Source: Cycas panzhihuaensis
Taxonomy: Eukaryota > Plantae > Cycadophyta
Direction: 5' to 3'
NCBI GenBank assembly: GCA_023213395.1
Contig: CM041465.1
Location: 213,039,741-213,103,740 of the forward strand
DNA: 64,000 nt
Below the pieces are notes generated by a model. The model searched no databases and was not told the DNA's origin. It worked only from the letters and a program-made list of their open reading frames with translations. Both the position numbers and the translations under genes were made by a program. Positions 40,491 to 53,120 of this stretch are shown in pieces. Every line of letters begins with the position of its first letter. The first letter of the stretch is position 1.

Positions 40491-43400
40491 TATCCTTGAG
40501 AGAGGATGTATTAACAAGGATAAAGAAGCAAGATAGTATAAGCTTCATGATAACTAAACTACTACAAGTTTCCCAAATTCACATTTAAGGGGGGATGTTA
40601 ACATGGTAGTTAATTATTAATCCACTTGTTAATGTTAATGTGATGGTTTAATTAATGTGATTAATAAAAAGGTATGAGTTATACAAAGAGTTATAACCCT
40701 TAAAGGTTGACACTTTTTAAGGAATTATAAATATCCCAAAACCCTTATATATTTATATCAATCAAGTGGTAATCAATGTAATCAATAGATCTTTGTGGTG
40801 GGTTCTTTTTTAAAAGAGTTTCCCATGTATAGCCTATGTACTATGTAATTATTTTCTATGTTTTCCTCATTTGCTTGATGTATATATAGTAAAAGATTCT
40901 ATGAGTGTAAACATGTATAAGTTTATCCATGCTTTTTACCAAACATAACCCAAGTAACTGGGAAGGGGAATTGATTAGAAAAGAATACAAGAGTTGATGG
41001 TAGTCTTAAGAAAGTTCTAAAAAAATATTCTAATAAGAATATGATGAATAATCATAAGAATAAGAGTGCTTATCACTTTACCCAGATAATATAATCCTAA
41101 AGAGTTTTAAGAGGAGTTTTAGGGTAGGGGTAGGTTAAATAAAAATTAGAAACATTATAATCTTAAACAACTACTTACAAAATAAAAAGAGAGAGTGAGA
41201 TCAATATTTGTAAAGGAGATGAAATAAGCTTCTCTAGAGTAATAAGTTTAATGATGCTTATTAGATTCCATGATGACATGCTACATAAAACCAAGGGGAG
41301 GAATTCTAGGTATTAGAAGGATATAAGTTATGTATTCAACCCTATTTTAAAGTAAAAATATCAAATGAGATTAATATTAAATGAAATAAAGGTACAATGA
41401 CTAAGGTTTTATGCATAGAATAATCAACCAATGTATAAATATATGGAGGTAATCTAAATGTACTAAGCCCCAATGGAGCAATTAGAGAAACCTAAAACCT
41501 AACTATTTAAAAGAGAATAAATCCAACTATACTAATGAATTCTAATGATTAATTATCTTTAGTAAAAATGGTGTTGAACCTATATCTTCATAGCTCATAC
41601 TTGAGATAAATACCATATGGTGTTATCCCCTCTCAAGTAGAAAAAGGAAACCCCTTATAGTAGCGATTAACATGACCACTATCACAATCAACATATAGTT
41701 ATTATGGCCACATACTACTAGTAAGAAAGCATGGAAAATTTTGGAAAGGTAGAACTAAGCCAACATATATCTATCATTGGTATGGAAGAAAATGGTTTAA
41801 AGACATAGGTAATGATGAGTTCTCCATGGAGGTGGTTGATAAATCCTAATTCCCTAGATATGTCCTATTATTAATAATAGCTTAATAGATTAGTGTTTCA
41901 GTAATAATCACTTGATCTATTAAAAGTCTACTCTTAGTTAAAGAGGTAATGCAAGAAGAAGGATTAAATGATTATATCTCAATTAATTAGAGGTAATCTT
42001 AGCTCTATGAAGGGAAATTCTATAACATGCCATAAAGAGATATCCATAATAAAATAAACTTTAAATCTTAATGAGGGAATATGAATAAAAAGCTCATTGA
42101 TTAATTATAAGAGTAAGGGGTTTAAAAACCCTAAAAATATGAGGATTGAAGAGAATAAATAGTGGCTTATCATCTTATGATTCATTAAAAGAGTTAAGTT
42201 TTTGTTTGGTAGTCTAAGATCAAGTTTGGACTATAAATACATTAGACAGGTCCATAGGAATTAACTTGACCAAGTGAGCTTATGAAATAGATTTTTTTCT
42301 AGTAGTTGATTAAATTAACCCAACTTGGAAATCTATTCTACCTAAAGGAGAGGGATTGAAAGATGCAATTAACTAAAGTAAAATCTCAAGTGGAATAAAA
42401 GTTGGCTCATACATATTTGAAGAAGTTATAGAGAATTATAAACTAATTACCTTTGTATTACTTAGAAAGTAATGCAAAGGTTGATGTCTCATATATAATA
42501 AATTAAGTTAGTTTTGAAGGCTCTATATATGAGCCATTAATTAAGGCGTATAACTAAATGAAGTAGGAGTTGATGAATGAGTTAGATGAATAGGTTTATT
42601 ACTATTTTCTAAAAATGGATTTTTATGCATTTTGAGTCTAGGATAATGTAGGATAATCTTTTATTGTATAATCATCTATAATTTAATAATTATATTCCAA
42701 AGTTGTTCATAGTAGCCATTTTCATGATAATTCATTTTCCCACATCTATTATAATAAAAGGTAATATTGTGACATTTAAGTTTTCAATTTTGAGATGTAC
42801 CAAGAGGATTACCATCCTCTATTTTAATTAAATTTATTCCATGAGGCTAAATAATGAGGAATTTTCTAAGCAAGTATATTTTAGGATTGGTTTATATTCA
42901 TGAAACCCTAAATAAGTTATGTTGTTAAGTGGTTAGAGTAGTCAACTTAGGAACCAAGGAAGATAAAGTAGGTTGAATTGATACCACACCCTAATGAATA
43001 GGTTGGTATAATAAAAAGTGGGTTAAATTACTAGCTATAAAAAGATTATAATCCAAATTATTAGACCAAATAACCTCAATAAGCATAGCATTAAAATAAA
43101 CATGAGGCATGACTTGATCAAAACATTTTGTACCACTGAGTTATGTGTTAATCATTGCCATAGGAGCATGGATCTTGATACAATAATTCAAAATGCATAA
43201 CACCTTTAAAACTTTTAAGATTAAGACTAAATCTACGAAGGTCTAGGAGATAGTTGCCTCTTCTAGCATGTGGGGTTAAAGTGGTTATAGGCCCCTCAGT
43301 TGATATATAAACCTAATAGGATCAAAAGATGATTATTTGAAGGTGATATTTGTGAGGGGAATAATGTAATGATCCTTAAGTTCTAGAAAAGTTTTTAAGT

Positions 43401-43592
43401 GTTGACTAATTGATTCTATAGGGTTTGTTTACAAGATAACAATATTCATAAGATGCCTTCTTCCACTTTGGGAAGCATAAAATGATCAATAAAATTTTCT
43501 AACAATTTATAGGTGTTATAGATTAAGTTTAGAGGACATTTATTAAACCAAAGCATACTAGTATCACCTAGAATGGTGTGAGGAATTAATCA

Positions 43593-43785
<193 letters not shown>

Positions 43786-44699
43786 ATGGTATCATAAATC
43801 TATATTGTGCTTGAAAATCATTAATACACTTCTTAGGATCTTCATTGGATTTGATGTAATATTGAGGCAAACCAATGTGTATCTAATGCAATTTCATTAT
43901 AGTGGTTAGAATGACTAAAGGTAAAGTCATAACATGGGTAAGACATCAAAATATGAAAGATCCAATACTTGGTTTGGGAGGGATAGATGGAGGACTCCTA
44001 GATTTAGGACCCATTTTGACTAAAGTATTTGGTTTAGAAAGTAATGCAACATTATGAACTATAATAAATATATAAATAAGTGAAACTACTGCTAAAAGTG
44101 TTCTTATATTAGGAGGTGGATTACAAGGGGGTAAAAATAAAACTATAGAGATTCAAGTGGTAGTTTCCTCTTCAAGGGTATAAGGTCAAAGAGGTGATAC
44201 ACCCTTGAGTCAATGTGTAAATCTAATGGAATCAACTAAAGTCCTAGAAAGGTGATGTGCTATATTGATAGGTGAAAATAATTAAAAGGGCAATAAATAA
44301 TTAGACTTAAATTCAAGTCCTTAGTACTTTCACTAGAAAAATATTGACATAAAATATTCCTCTTGATTTTTTACTTAAGAATGTCATATGCCCAAGTGGA
44401 ACAAGTTTATGATCTAGTTAATATTTTTATGAAAAATAAAATAAATTTATAAGGATGTTGCTAAATTTAGCAAATGTGTGTATGTGTTTTCCCTAATTAA
44501 AACTAGTTTATTTCATTTAGTAAATGTAGGGCTTATCCCTCTATAGAAGAAATATTAACACTAGGTTATCATGCTAATATTCTCCTATAGCATGACATAA
44601 TTACTATCTTAAGGTATTTACATTACCTATCCACTATGTAATCTCCCTCTATTATCATTAGAAGGCAAGATAGATGAAGTGTTATTGGGTAGTCTCCCT

Positions 44700-45250
44700 T
44701 TATTATCATTAGAAGGCAAGCTAGATGAAGTACTTGATAAGGTCCGGGACACCTATATAAAATTCAATAATGATGAGAGAACAACCACTGAATAATATTT
44801 AGCATTCTTTTCATTAATTTATAAAATGTTCAATATCACATCCATGAATGACATCATTAGAATTTGTGTGTATTCTATTGGGTGAGGTAGCTTCTTGGTT
44901 TTAATCTTTGCCTCTTGGTGAAGTTACTATCTAAAATTCTTTGATAGAATGTTTTAAACTAAAATATTTAAGCAAAAAAATCTCAACTACTTTAGTTAAA
45001 GAATTGTTTAATATTAAAGGGGAGTTATGAAGAGTATAAGGGACTATTTTTATATATTTCATGCTACTCCATAAGTTATACATAAAGATCTTTACCTATA
45101 ATGAACCCTCCAAATGGAATGGTTCATGGAAGGTGTGATAGTAGATTCCTAATTCATTTTAGAGGTGTTATAGGCATCTAAGCTACTGAGGTAGTTGTAT
45201 TAGAGATTAAGGCAAAATTGAAAAAGATATAGAAAAATAAATCTCCTCTC
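44700..45250 (+). pseudogene. Non-chromovirus Gypsy (Tat/Athila-like) gag relic
   Basis: Manual translation KFNNDERTTTE.YLAF...NDIIRICVYS..GEVASWF.SLPLGEVT resembles Retrotrans_gag; heavily decayed. Confidence 0.5.
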
Positions 45251-47887
45251 TTATCTACTTTTATGATGAATCCTCGTCAAACTCATTCTTAAACCAAATT
45301 ATGAACTCAAATTTGAATTAAGAAGTTAAATAATGAAGTTTAATTTTGGAATAAATAAGTAAAGAAGTAAGATTCTAAATGAATAAGCATGCTAAGTAAG
45401 TCCAAACCTCCACAAGTGAATATTAAGTTTAAGGAAAGTTTTCCTTATCAAGTTAAAGAGCAAGATTTTCATTATGTTGAGATAATGAATGAAACCACTT
45501 TCAAGAGATAATATATATGCATGTGTTTGGGATGACTATGTCTCTATCTATTTCTTAAGATACAAATATCCCACTCATCATCAATCTAGTAAGTGGATTA
45601 GATAATTAGGGTAATAATCTAAGGGATCAAATAAAGTATAAGTTCTAAATATATTTTTATTATTTAGAAAAAGGATAAAAGTAAATGTCTTTTAACAAGA
45701 AAAAGAGTTCACTTCCTAAATAAATACACAACCAAGAATCTTGGGAACTTGTCACACACTTACTAAGTGTTCTTATTTTCCTTTCTATTCTTTCAAATAA
45801 AAAAATACAAATACAAATAAGGAAACTAAATAAATAAGCAAGTAGTGAAGTAAATTAGAAGTGTGACTTGCCTAGGTTTATTCTAAAATTTATTAGTCAC
45901 TCCAAAAGCTTCATGATCTGTAAGTCCTTATCTTCTCTGCAAGTCTTTCTTATCTTCAAATTACTAATAAGAAAATAACACAAAGCTTAAGAGAAAGGGG
46001 GATGCCTCAACCAATATTTTACATACTACAAGACATGATTTTCATCCCTTTTAAACAATATGGATCAAAGGAAACAAATGACTCAAAATAAACAAATGTC
46101 AAATCTGCCCAAAAAGTAGTACAACCTTTCACAAACTCACAACAAAAAAAGCATATAATAAATTGAAGAAAACTAGCATAAAATAATTCCCAAAATATAC
46201 TTTTAAGATGCCAATCTAATCTTAAAGATAAAGCTCAAGAAATCACCAATATAGAGGCTTATAAGATGGCTAAGCAATTTTCAAACAATAATAAGAAAGG
46301 ATGGATAAGTGAAGAATTAATAAAATTACCAACAAATAAGAGTTCTATGTGGCTAAATTATTACTTCCAAATGGGATCTCTGAAAGATAACATAATTACT
46401 AATAAAATAAAGTAACAAGAAATAATCTTGAATATTTAATAACAAAGGAGAGTTCTTTGAAAATGCCCCCCCCCCCCACCCTCAAAAGCCAAGAAGAGGG
46501 TATTTTATAGTCTAATAATTCTAATAAATTCTCTTTTTGGAATTGACTCTCACTAATAAATTCTAACAAATTGTAATAATTCTTTCTAGAAATTGGGCTC
46601 CACTCACTTAGATTTATATCAAATTAGATATTAGTACTTTTTCAAGTGGATAAATGCATGATAATAGAGTTGAGGTATAAGAAAGATGGTAGAAGTTACT
46701 TTTTTATTCATAATATAAAAAGTTACAACAAATATTTTTTGAAATAGTGTTCTTCTTCACAAACCATATTAAATTTTTAGAACACTATGATTTGTTAAGG
46801 AGATCATGGTTTTGGTTAATATGATTAATGCAACAATTTTGGGAACATGGAGTGGCCATAATAATAGATGTAATTTTCTAGAAAAATGTAGCAAATGAGC
46901 ATGGTTCTCATGAGAAACTATGGTCAATATACAAAGAAAAAACTATGGTTCCTAATAAGAATATGATTTTTTTCTGAGAGAGAAAGTTGTGTCTTCTTAA
47001 GAAACCATGATGAATGGTGAAAGAGCATGGTGTATGCTCTAGTAAAGGAGAAAAAACAATAATTTAAGGGAATTTGGGCATTCTATCTTCAAGAGCTAAT
47101 TGGTTTTAGTTACTATATGCTTTTAAGCTTACATCACAAACTAAAATTTATATCATTTTTATATTATATCATATCGCAATATTACTATAAATAAATAAAA
47201 GTACACTTATTGGTTACCATAGAAGAGTCAAGTGAGAGAGAAAATTTTAAGGAATTTTATTAAATGATAACTTTACTTTCAGGGATTCTTAGCTTTATGT
47301 ATCAATGGGTTCTAGAAGGAAGTAACTCGTCTAGGAGATGTACTCATATAGGTTAAGAGGTGATTTCAAGAGGGAAAAAACTTACTTATCGATAAGTAAA
47401 AATTTCTATTGGACAAACATTAGAAACAATGCTGACAAAATGGTTTCTATATGTAGAGTATGCCAGATGGCTAAAGGAGGCTAACAGAACATATAATTAT
47501 ATTAGTAAGCCATAGAAATACATCTTAATGGATTTTATATTAGATTTTCCAACTATCTAAAAGGGTCATGACTCTATTTTTATAATTGTAAATAAGTTCT
47601 TAAAAATGGCACATTTCATTCCATGTAGAAAGGTGAATGATATAAGTTATATTATAAATTTATTTTTTAGAGAAGTCATTAGACTACATGGGATCCTAAA
47701 TGTAATTAATAGTGATTGAGACATTGAGTTTGTGAGTCATTTATGGAGGACTCTTTAGAGGATACTAAATAGCCTATTATAGTTTAGTTTAACATACCAT
47801 TCACAAACCAAGAGGTCATAAATAAGAGCTTGTAAAATTTATTTAGAAGATTAGTAGATGACCATTCTAGATAGTGAGATTTGGTCT

Positions 47888-50799
47888 TGTTAGATAATGT
47901 TAAACCTATGTTATTATTAAATTGATGTAATTATCAATTTGATATGCACAAAAAGGTCATAGTGTGTATACTTCTTAATGTTATAGGTTATTAGTTGACC
48001 AAGTGGCTTATGAATTGTGATTATATAGCCATGAGATAGTGTGTATCTATGAATATGTATTAATTCTTCATAATAAAATTTAGAGGTGATCATATCCTAT
48101 AAGTATATTATATTTGTGTTTTTATACATATTTATTCATTTATTATTTCACTTGTATGGCTTCATAGTTTATAGTCTTATATATGCTTGGTTATACATTT
48201 TAACTTGGTATCAGAGTTGTTGTCTAATTACATAGTTTTAACATGGTATCAAAGTCTTGGTTTAAGCTTGGTTTAACCATTCATAGGTTATAAGACTATG
48301 AGTGTATCAATGTATCAATGTGTTTATTTAGAACTTGATTATACATGTTTATTTGCAACCAATGAGGAATGTAGTCTTACGCGTTAGGTGAAGATCTACT
48401 ATAGGTTATGGAAGGTTTTGAACTGCATTTTTATAGGGTACCTAGAGAATTTTATTATTGCAAACTTGATTAGCATGTTGGTGCCTAGGTGTTGAAAATT
48501 TTCCAATTGGGAGCATAGGTGTTATGGTTATTTCTAATCTTGCTAAGCTTTTCCACATGTTTTGATTCATTTTTGGCCTATTATATGTATATCTTACTAG
48601 TGTACATTCACTTGTCACATGTGCATCTAAGAATTAGGCTTCTAAAGTATGCTTGATCACCTTGTTAAATGTTGACATGGTAAGTATGCCATTATCTTAC
48701 CTTGTATCATGTGATGAGGCGACCCTGCTTGATGAGGGTTTTACAATATGTTTATTGAAGTAGATGGTCTATTGGCTTATGTGAGTATACTGATGTGTTG
48801 TGGCTCGATTACAAAGATTGATTATTTATAAGAACCTATATTTTATAAGAGGAATCTACTAATAGTATGTATATACAATGAAAACTATAGGTTCATAAGG
48901 TTCTTTGTAAAATGCACCAAATCATCATCGAGTTAAAGGGTTTGTTATTTAGTGTTAATGGTTGTAATCATTGTAATAGATTGTGTTGATGTTAGAAGTT
49001 TCCTTTACATTTTTCTCATTGGTGTGAGGTTGTGATATGATGGAGATTACAAATCTAGTGTTGGTTTGATGATTGGCAACCTAGTTAATGAAGAAAATTA
49101 GTTACAAGTGTTTTTTATAAAATGCACTAAATCATCATCAAGTTAAAGGGTTTGTTATTTAGTGTTAATGGTTGTAATTATCATAATCGATTATGTTGAT
49201 GTTAGAAATTTCTTTCATATTTTTCTCACTAGTGTAAGGTTGTGATATGATGGAGATTACAAATCTAGTGTTGGTTTGATGATTAGCAACCTAGTTAATG
49301 AAGAAAGTTGGTTACGAGTGCTCACATGATCAGTGGTTATCCTACATGTTGAATGGATATTTTTCATTATATACCAACATGTGTTTACATTATTTCTTCT
49401 CTAATTGAAGGTGTCATTAATTACAATAAGTGCTTCTACTACTAAAACTTTAAAAAATCTCTATTTTGATGGAAATTTTAAGTGTGTAGCCTATTAGGAT
49501 GCTACCATCTCATTATTTTGTGGGGATTTTTTCTTCTCTAAAGGATGAGTTTTTTGAAGATTTTTTACTTCATGGAAGTGTTTTGAACTATGAGGATTCT
49601 AAATCTAGTGTCAAATCTAATTTTTATTCACCTATTAAAAGAATGAAACATTTAAAGATTCATAGCATATCATCATTCACATGTTATTTAGCCCATTATA
49701 TATGATAATTTTTTATAAGTTAACATTTATAAACATTGATATATAATATTAACATATTTTAAAATATTATTTGAGATCTATAGGGCCCTCTACGAGATTA
49801 TAAAGATGTTTAATATAACCATAAGTCAATTACAAAGGGTCTAAAATTTTATTTTAATCCCTTTTCACCTGAGAATATACTTATACATATGAAAACAAGG
49901 ATATCTCCCTCACATGATGTTAGAATCCAACTTTTCTAGTTGTGTTGGAAAGCTAACTCATATGGCTTTCTAACAAATGGTCACACAATATGTTTTGGAA
50001 CTTTTTTAGGGTAAATTTATGGTTTGAAGTTCAAATTTTAGTTTGATAGGTGTTAAATTAGAACTTGTTCCTAGAAAAAAAAAAGTGTTTTGTCATATAT
50101 TTTTTCTCAAACAACTATTTTTTCATGTTTATTGTATAATGTAGTGGATGGAGCTAAAGTTTTTCAACTAGGTTTCTCCTCAGGTTATACGAGAGACCCG
50201 AAACAGGAAAAATAGAAGCAAGTGAAGGTTGCTTGGTAGGTAAAAGTTAGTGAATCATGTATGTAAGGTCTATTCTAGAGGATTGCTAGGTACAATAGCT
50301 AATTATCGATGTGCTCCAATAGATGTTTAACTTTTATATAGACCTAGAATCATATTTGAAATAGTAGTATGACATAGATTAAATATGGAGGGAATATTAG
50401 GTAATATTAAACCCATGGTATTATTAAATTGATGTAATTACTCCTTTGATATACATTAGAAGGTCATAGTACATATACTTCTTAATGTTAGAGGTCATTA
50501 GTTGATTAAGTGGCTCCTTGATTATGATTGGGTAATTATAAGGTGGTGTGTATCTATAAATATGTATTGATTCTTCATAATATAATTTGGAGGTGATCAT
50601 TTCCTATAAGTACATTACATTTTTATGTTTATACATATCTGTTTATTTATTATTCTATATATATAGCTTCATAGTTCATAGTCTTGTATATGTTTGGTTA
50701 TAGAAATTAACTTGGCATCATAGTGGTTAATCCTAGGACTTACATATATTATTTTAAACATGGTATTAGAGTTATTTTTTGTTTGTATATCTTTTAATA
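47888..50799 (+). mobile_element. Non-autonomous non-coding LTR element (2.9 kb)
   Basis: LTRs 47888-48243 and 50395-50799; TSD GGTCT (47883-47887/50800-50804); PPT GGAGGGAA before 50395; multiple PBS motifs. Confidence 0.9.
48901..49320. repeat. Tandem duplication, 2 x 210 bp
   Basis: taaaatgcac.aaatcatcatc.agttaaaggg... at 48908 and 49118. Confidence 0.95.
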
Positions 50800-51158
50800 G
50801 GTCTTACCCAAAGAGAGTTACATTAAATTTAAGTATAAATAAATCTACTAGGAAATCACCTTTATAGATTATATATAGAATGAATCCACATTCACTAGTG
50901 GATTTAATGCCTACCAAAAGGAGTTAATAGAAATTAAGATGTAAATAAACTTACAAAGCAAATATACAAAATATAATTTTAAATGAAATAAAAAATTGAA
51001 GAAATGAATGCTAAGTATAAGCAAGATGCTTGTGTTCATAAAAGAGAGAAAATCTATAAACTAAGGGATGAAGTGATGGTGTACCTTTTGAAGGAGAGAT
51101 TTTCAAGAGGTAAATACAACAAGATAAATGTAAAGAAGATTAAGCCATGTAAATTGTT

Positions 51159-51521
51159 TGTTACATAGCTATCCTAATCATAAGACCTAATTGTTAGTAC
51201 ATATGACCATATCATATGATAATTAGTACTAGCCCTTTTCATATATGTGGGCCACTAACTCCTATTAATAGTATTCACATAGAGAGGCCACTCTTGGCTA
51301 TATATGGCCTCATAATAGTAGAGTAGGGAATTATCATATATTTGAGATATTATATATTTTCTATACTACAATAGTGCATTGGCTTCCTTTAGTTCTCTAT
51401 TTTGTATCAATTCTCTTTCGGTAATAAAGGTTGATTTGTTACATCCTTATTATATGTATTATGTCCTTTGAGCTCTTTCCCTTCACATATTTGTAGCGAT
51501 TATTTAGACAAGTACATCCCA
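51159..51521. mobile_element. Solo LTR (363 bp)
   Basis: TG...CA termini, TSD TTGTT/TTATT; excision restores the host frame KPCK-LLKRLSDY. Confidence 0.75.
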
Positions 51522-52260
51522 TTATTGAAGAGATTAAGTGACTATATGTATTTGATTGATTTGTCAAAAGAACTAGAAACTAATCTAGTCTTAATATGTC
51601 TAACCTATATGAATTCTATCATAGTTACGATGAGGGAGCCTATAAGGAAACCATCCAAGATAATAACTCCTAAGTAATTTTTGAAAATAAGTGGAATAAA
51701 ATTAAGTAATTGGTGGATACAAAAGTTACCCACACTAGATTGAGGACTCACAAGATGTATATAGTGAAGTGGAGGAGACTACCAAATACCTATAATTCTT
51801 AGATTTATGAATCAAAATTGCTAAAGTTTAGCAAGGAGGCCCTCAACTTTAAAGGGTCAACTCTTTTAAAACAAGGGGAGAATAATGTGTGGACATCATC
51901 CTCTAGCCTTTTCTAATCACTAAACCTATGTAGGAACTCTAAAGCTATGGTTTTAGAGTTCACAAGTTTATAAGTTTATAGGTGTCCCAATCTTATGTAG
52001 GCATGCTAATAAATTTGGGAAATTTATTTGCTCAAAAGGCTATAATAAAGTCATTTTAATTAGGCTAATTTTATAGAATTTGGTCATGGGATGAGGAAGT
52101 TAATAGAATTAAAAGTTTTAGGTTTTGTAGTTTTGTAAAGGTAGCTTTGTAAATTGTCCTATATATAGGAGGCCAATGATTCTCATAGTGTTTACAAGTA
52201 AATCTAGTTGTATTATCGTATTTTGGTCCACATGGCAATGAATTCCATGATATTATATGA

Positions 52261-52456
52261 GGTAATATGTGGTGTAAGGTCATAGTTGGTAGTAGGCCAT
52301 AAGGTTGAGAAATTGGTTACCATATGAGTAGGCAATACGTGGTACAAGGTCATAGTTTATAGTAGGCAACGAAGTTAAAAATTTGGTTATCATATAAGTA
52401 GGCAATGTGTGGTACAAGGTCATAATTAGTAATAGGCTATAAATTTGAGAAATTGT
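52261..52456. repeat. 70-bp tandem repeat (~2.8 copies), probably within the LTR starting at 51883
   Basis: GG(T/C)AAT..GTGGT..AAGGTCATA at 52261, 52331 and 52401. Confidence 0.9.
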
Positions 52457-53120
52457 CTTCTATGTTTCCTATCTTAAGAAGTACTTTAGAAAGACCATTA
52501 TCCCTTAGTCTACCCTCCTAGTCCTTAATGAAGAAGAAATCCTTATTGTTCCTCCTAAACATATCTTGGATAATCATTAGCATCGTCTTCAAAATAAGAC
52601 TATTTTCTAGTATCCAATGCAATGGGTTGATTGCAAACCTAATGAAGCAACATGGTAAAAAGCCATTTTTTTTAATTATCATCCACATCTTCTATGCTTC
52701 AAGGATTGAGCATCTTAGAGGGGGGCACTTATTACATAACCATTATATTTAGCAAAATATAAGTATATATATGTATAACCAAAGTAGATGAAGGTTAATA
52801 TTAGCTATTAATATGTGTATGAAAGTTACATAAGTCTACTAATGGGATTAAAGGTTGAATACTCCACAAATAGGATTCTATAAGAAGCAGCTAATTTTTT
52901 CTATTTAAGATCAAATGTTTATAAAGAGAGTTTTATATCATAAGTTCATTTGTAATATTGTACCTTGTACAAATCTGGTGTTTATTTGCTACTTGTGCAT
53001 GTGTCCTTTTGTGCTCTTATAATCTTTTTCTAAATAAAATCCATTAATAAAAAAATGTGTTGGTTGTTTATTTTATGCTTCTTTTGGCTCTTTTTTAATA
53101 AGTCGATGTACAATTACTAG
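52456..53120 (+). mobile_element. 3' fragment of a chromovirus (integrase end, chromodomain, PPT, 3' LTR)
   Basis: VFYVSYLKK...HILDNH...MQWVDCKPNEATW; PPT AGAGGGGGGC ~52717-52726, then T(A)TTACA. Right end approximate. Confidence 0.65.

Larger units (their letters stand above)
27780..40941 (+). mobile_element. Full-length decayed Ty1/Copia element, interrupted by Gypsy 31187-38352
   Basis: LTRs 27780-28120 and 40596-40941; TSD AACAT (27775-27779/40942-40946); decayed PBS TGATATCAAA at 28121; PPT AAGGGGGGA 40587-40595; domain order gag-PR-IN-RT-RH. Confidence 0.92.
47200..51882 (+). pseudogene. Old CRM-like Gypsy integrase plus chromodomain, interrupted by 47888-50799 and 51159-51521
   Basis: CRVCQMAKG (~47452), MDFILDFP...KMAHFIPCRK (~47528-47632), VMVYLLKERFSRGKYNK (~51073-51123), chromodomain-like MYIVKWRRLP..NS* (~51756-51802), PPT AAAACAAGGGGAGAA then T(A)ATG at 51883. 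Confidence 0.8.

Noticed and set aside
48200-50799. CRISPR-like appearance of the repeat-spacer units
   Set aside because: The repeats are 11-13-nt tRNA-iMet PBS motifs with only 2 per locus, in a eukaryotic LTR context with no cas genes.
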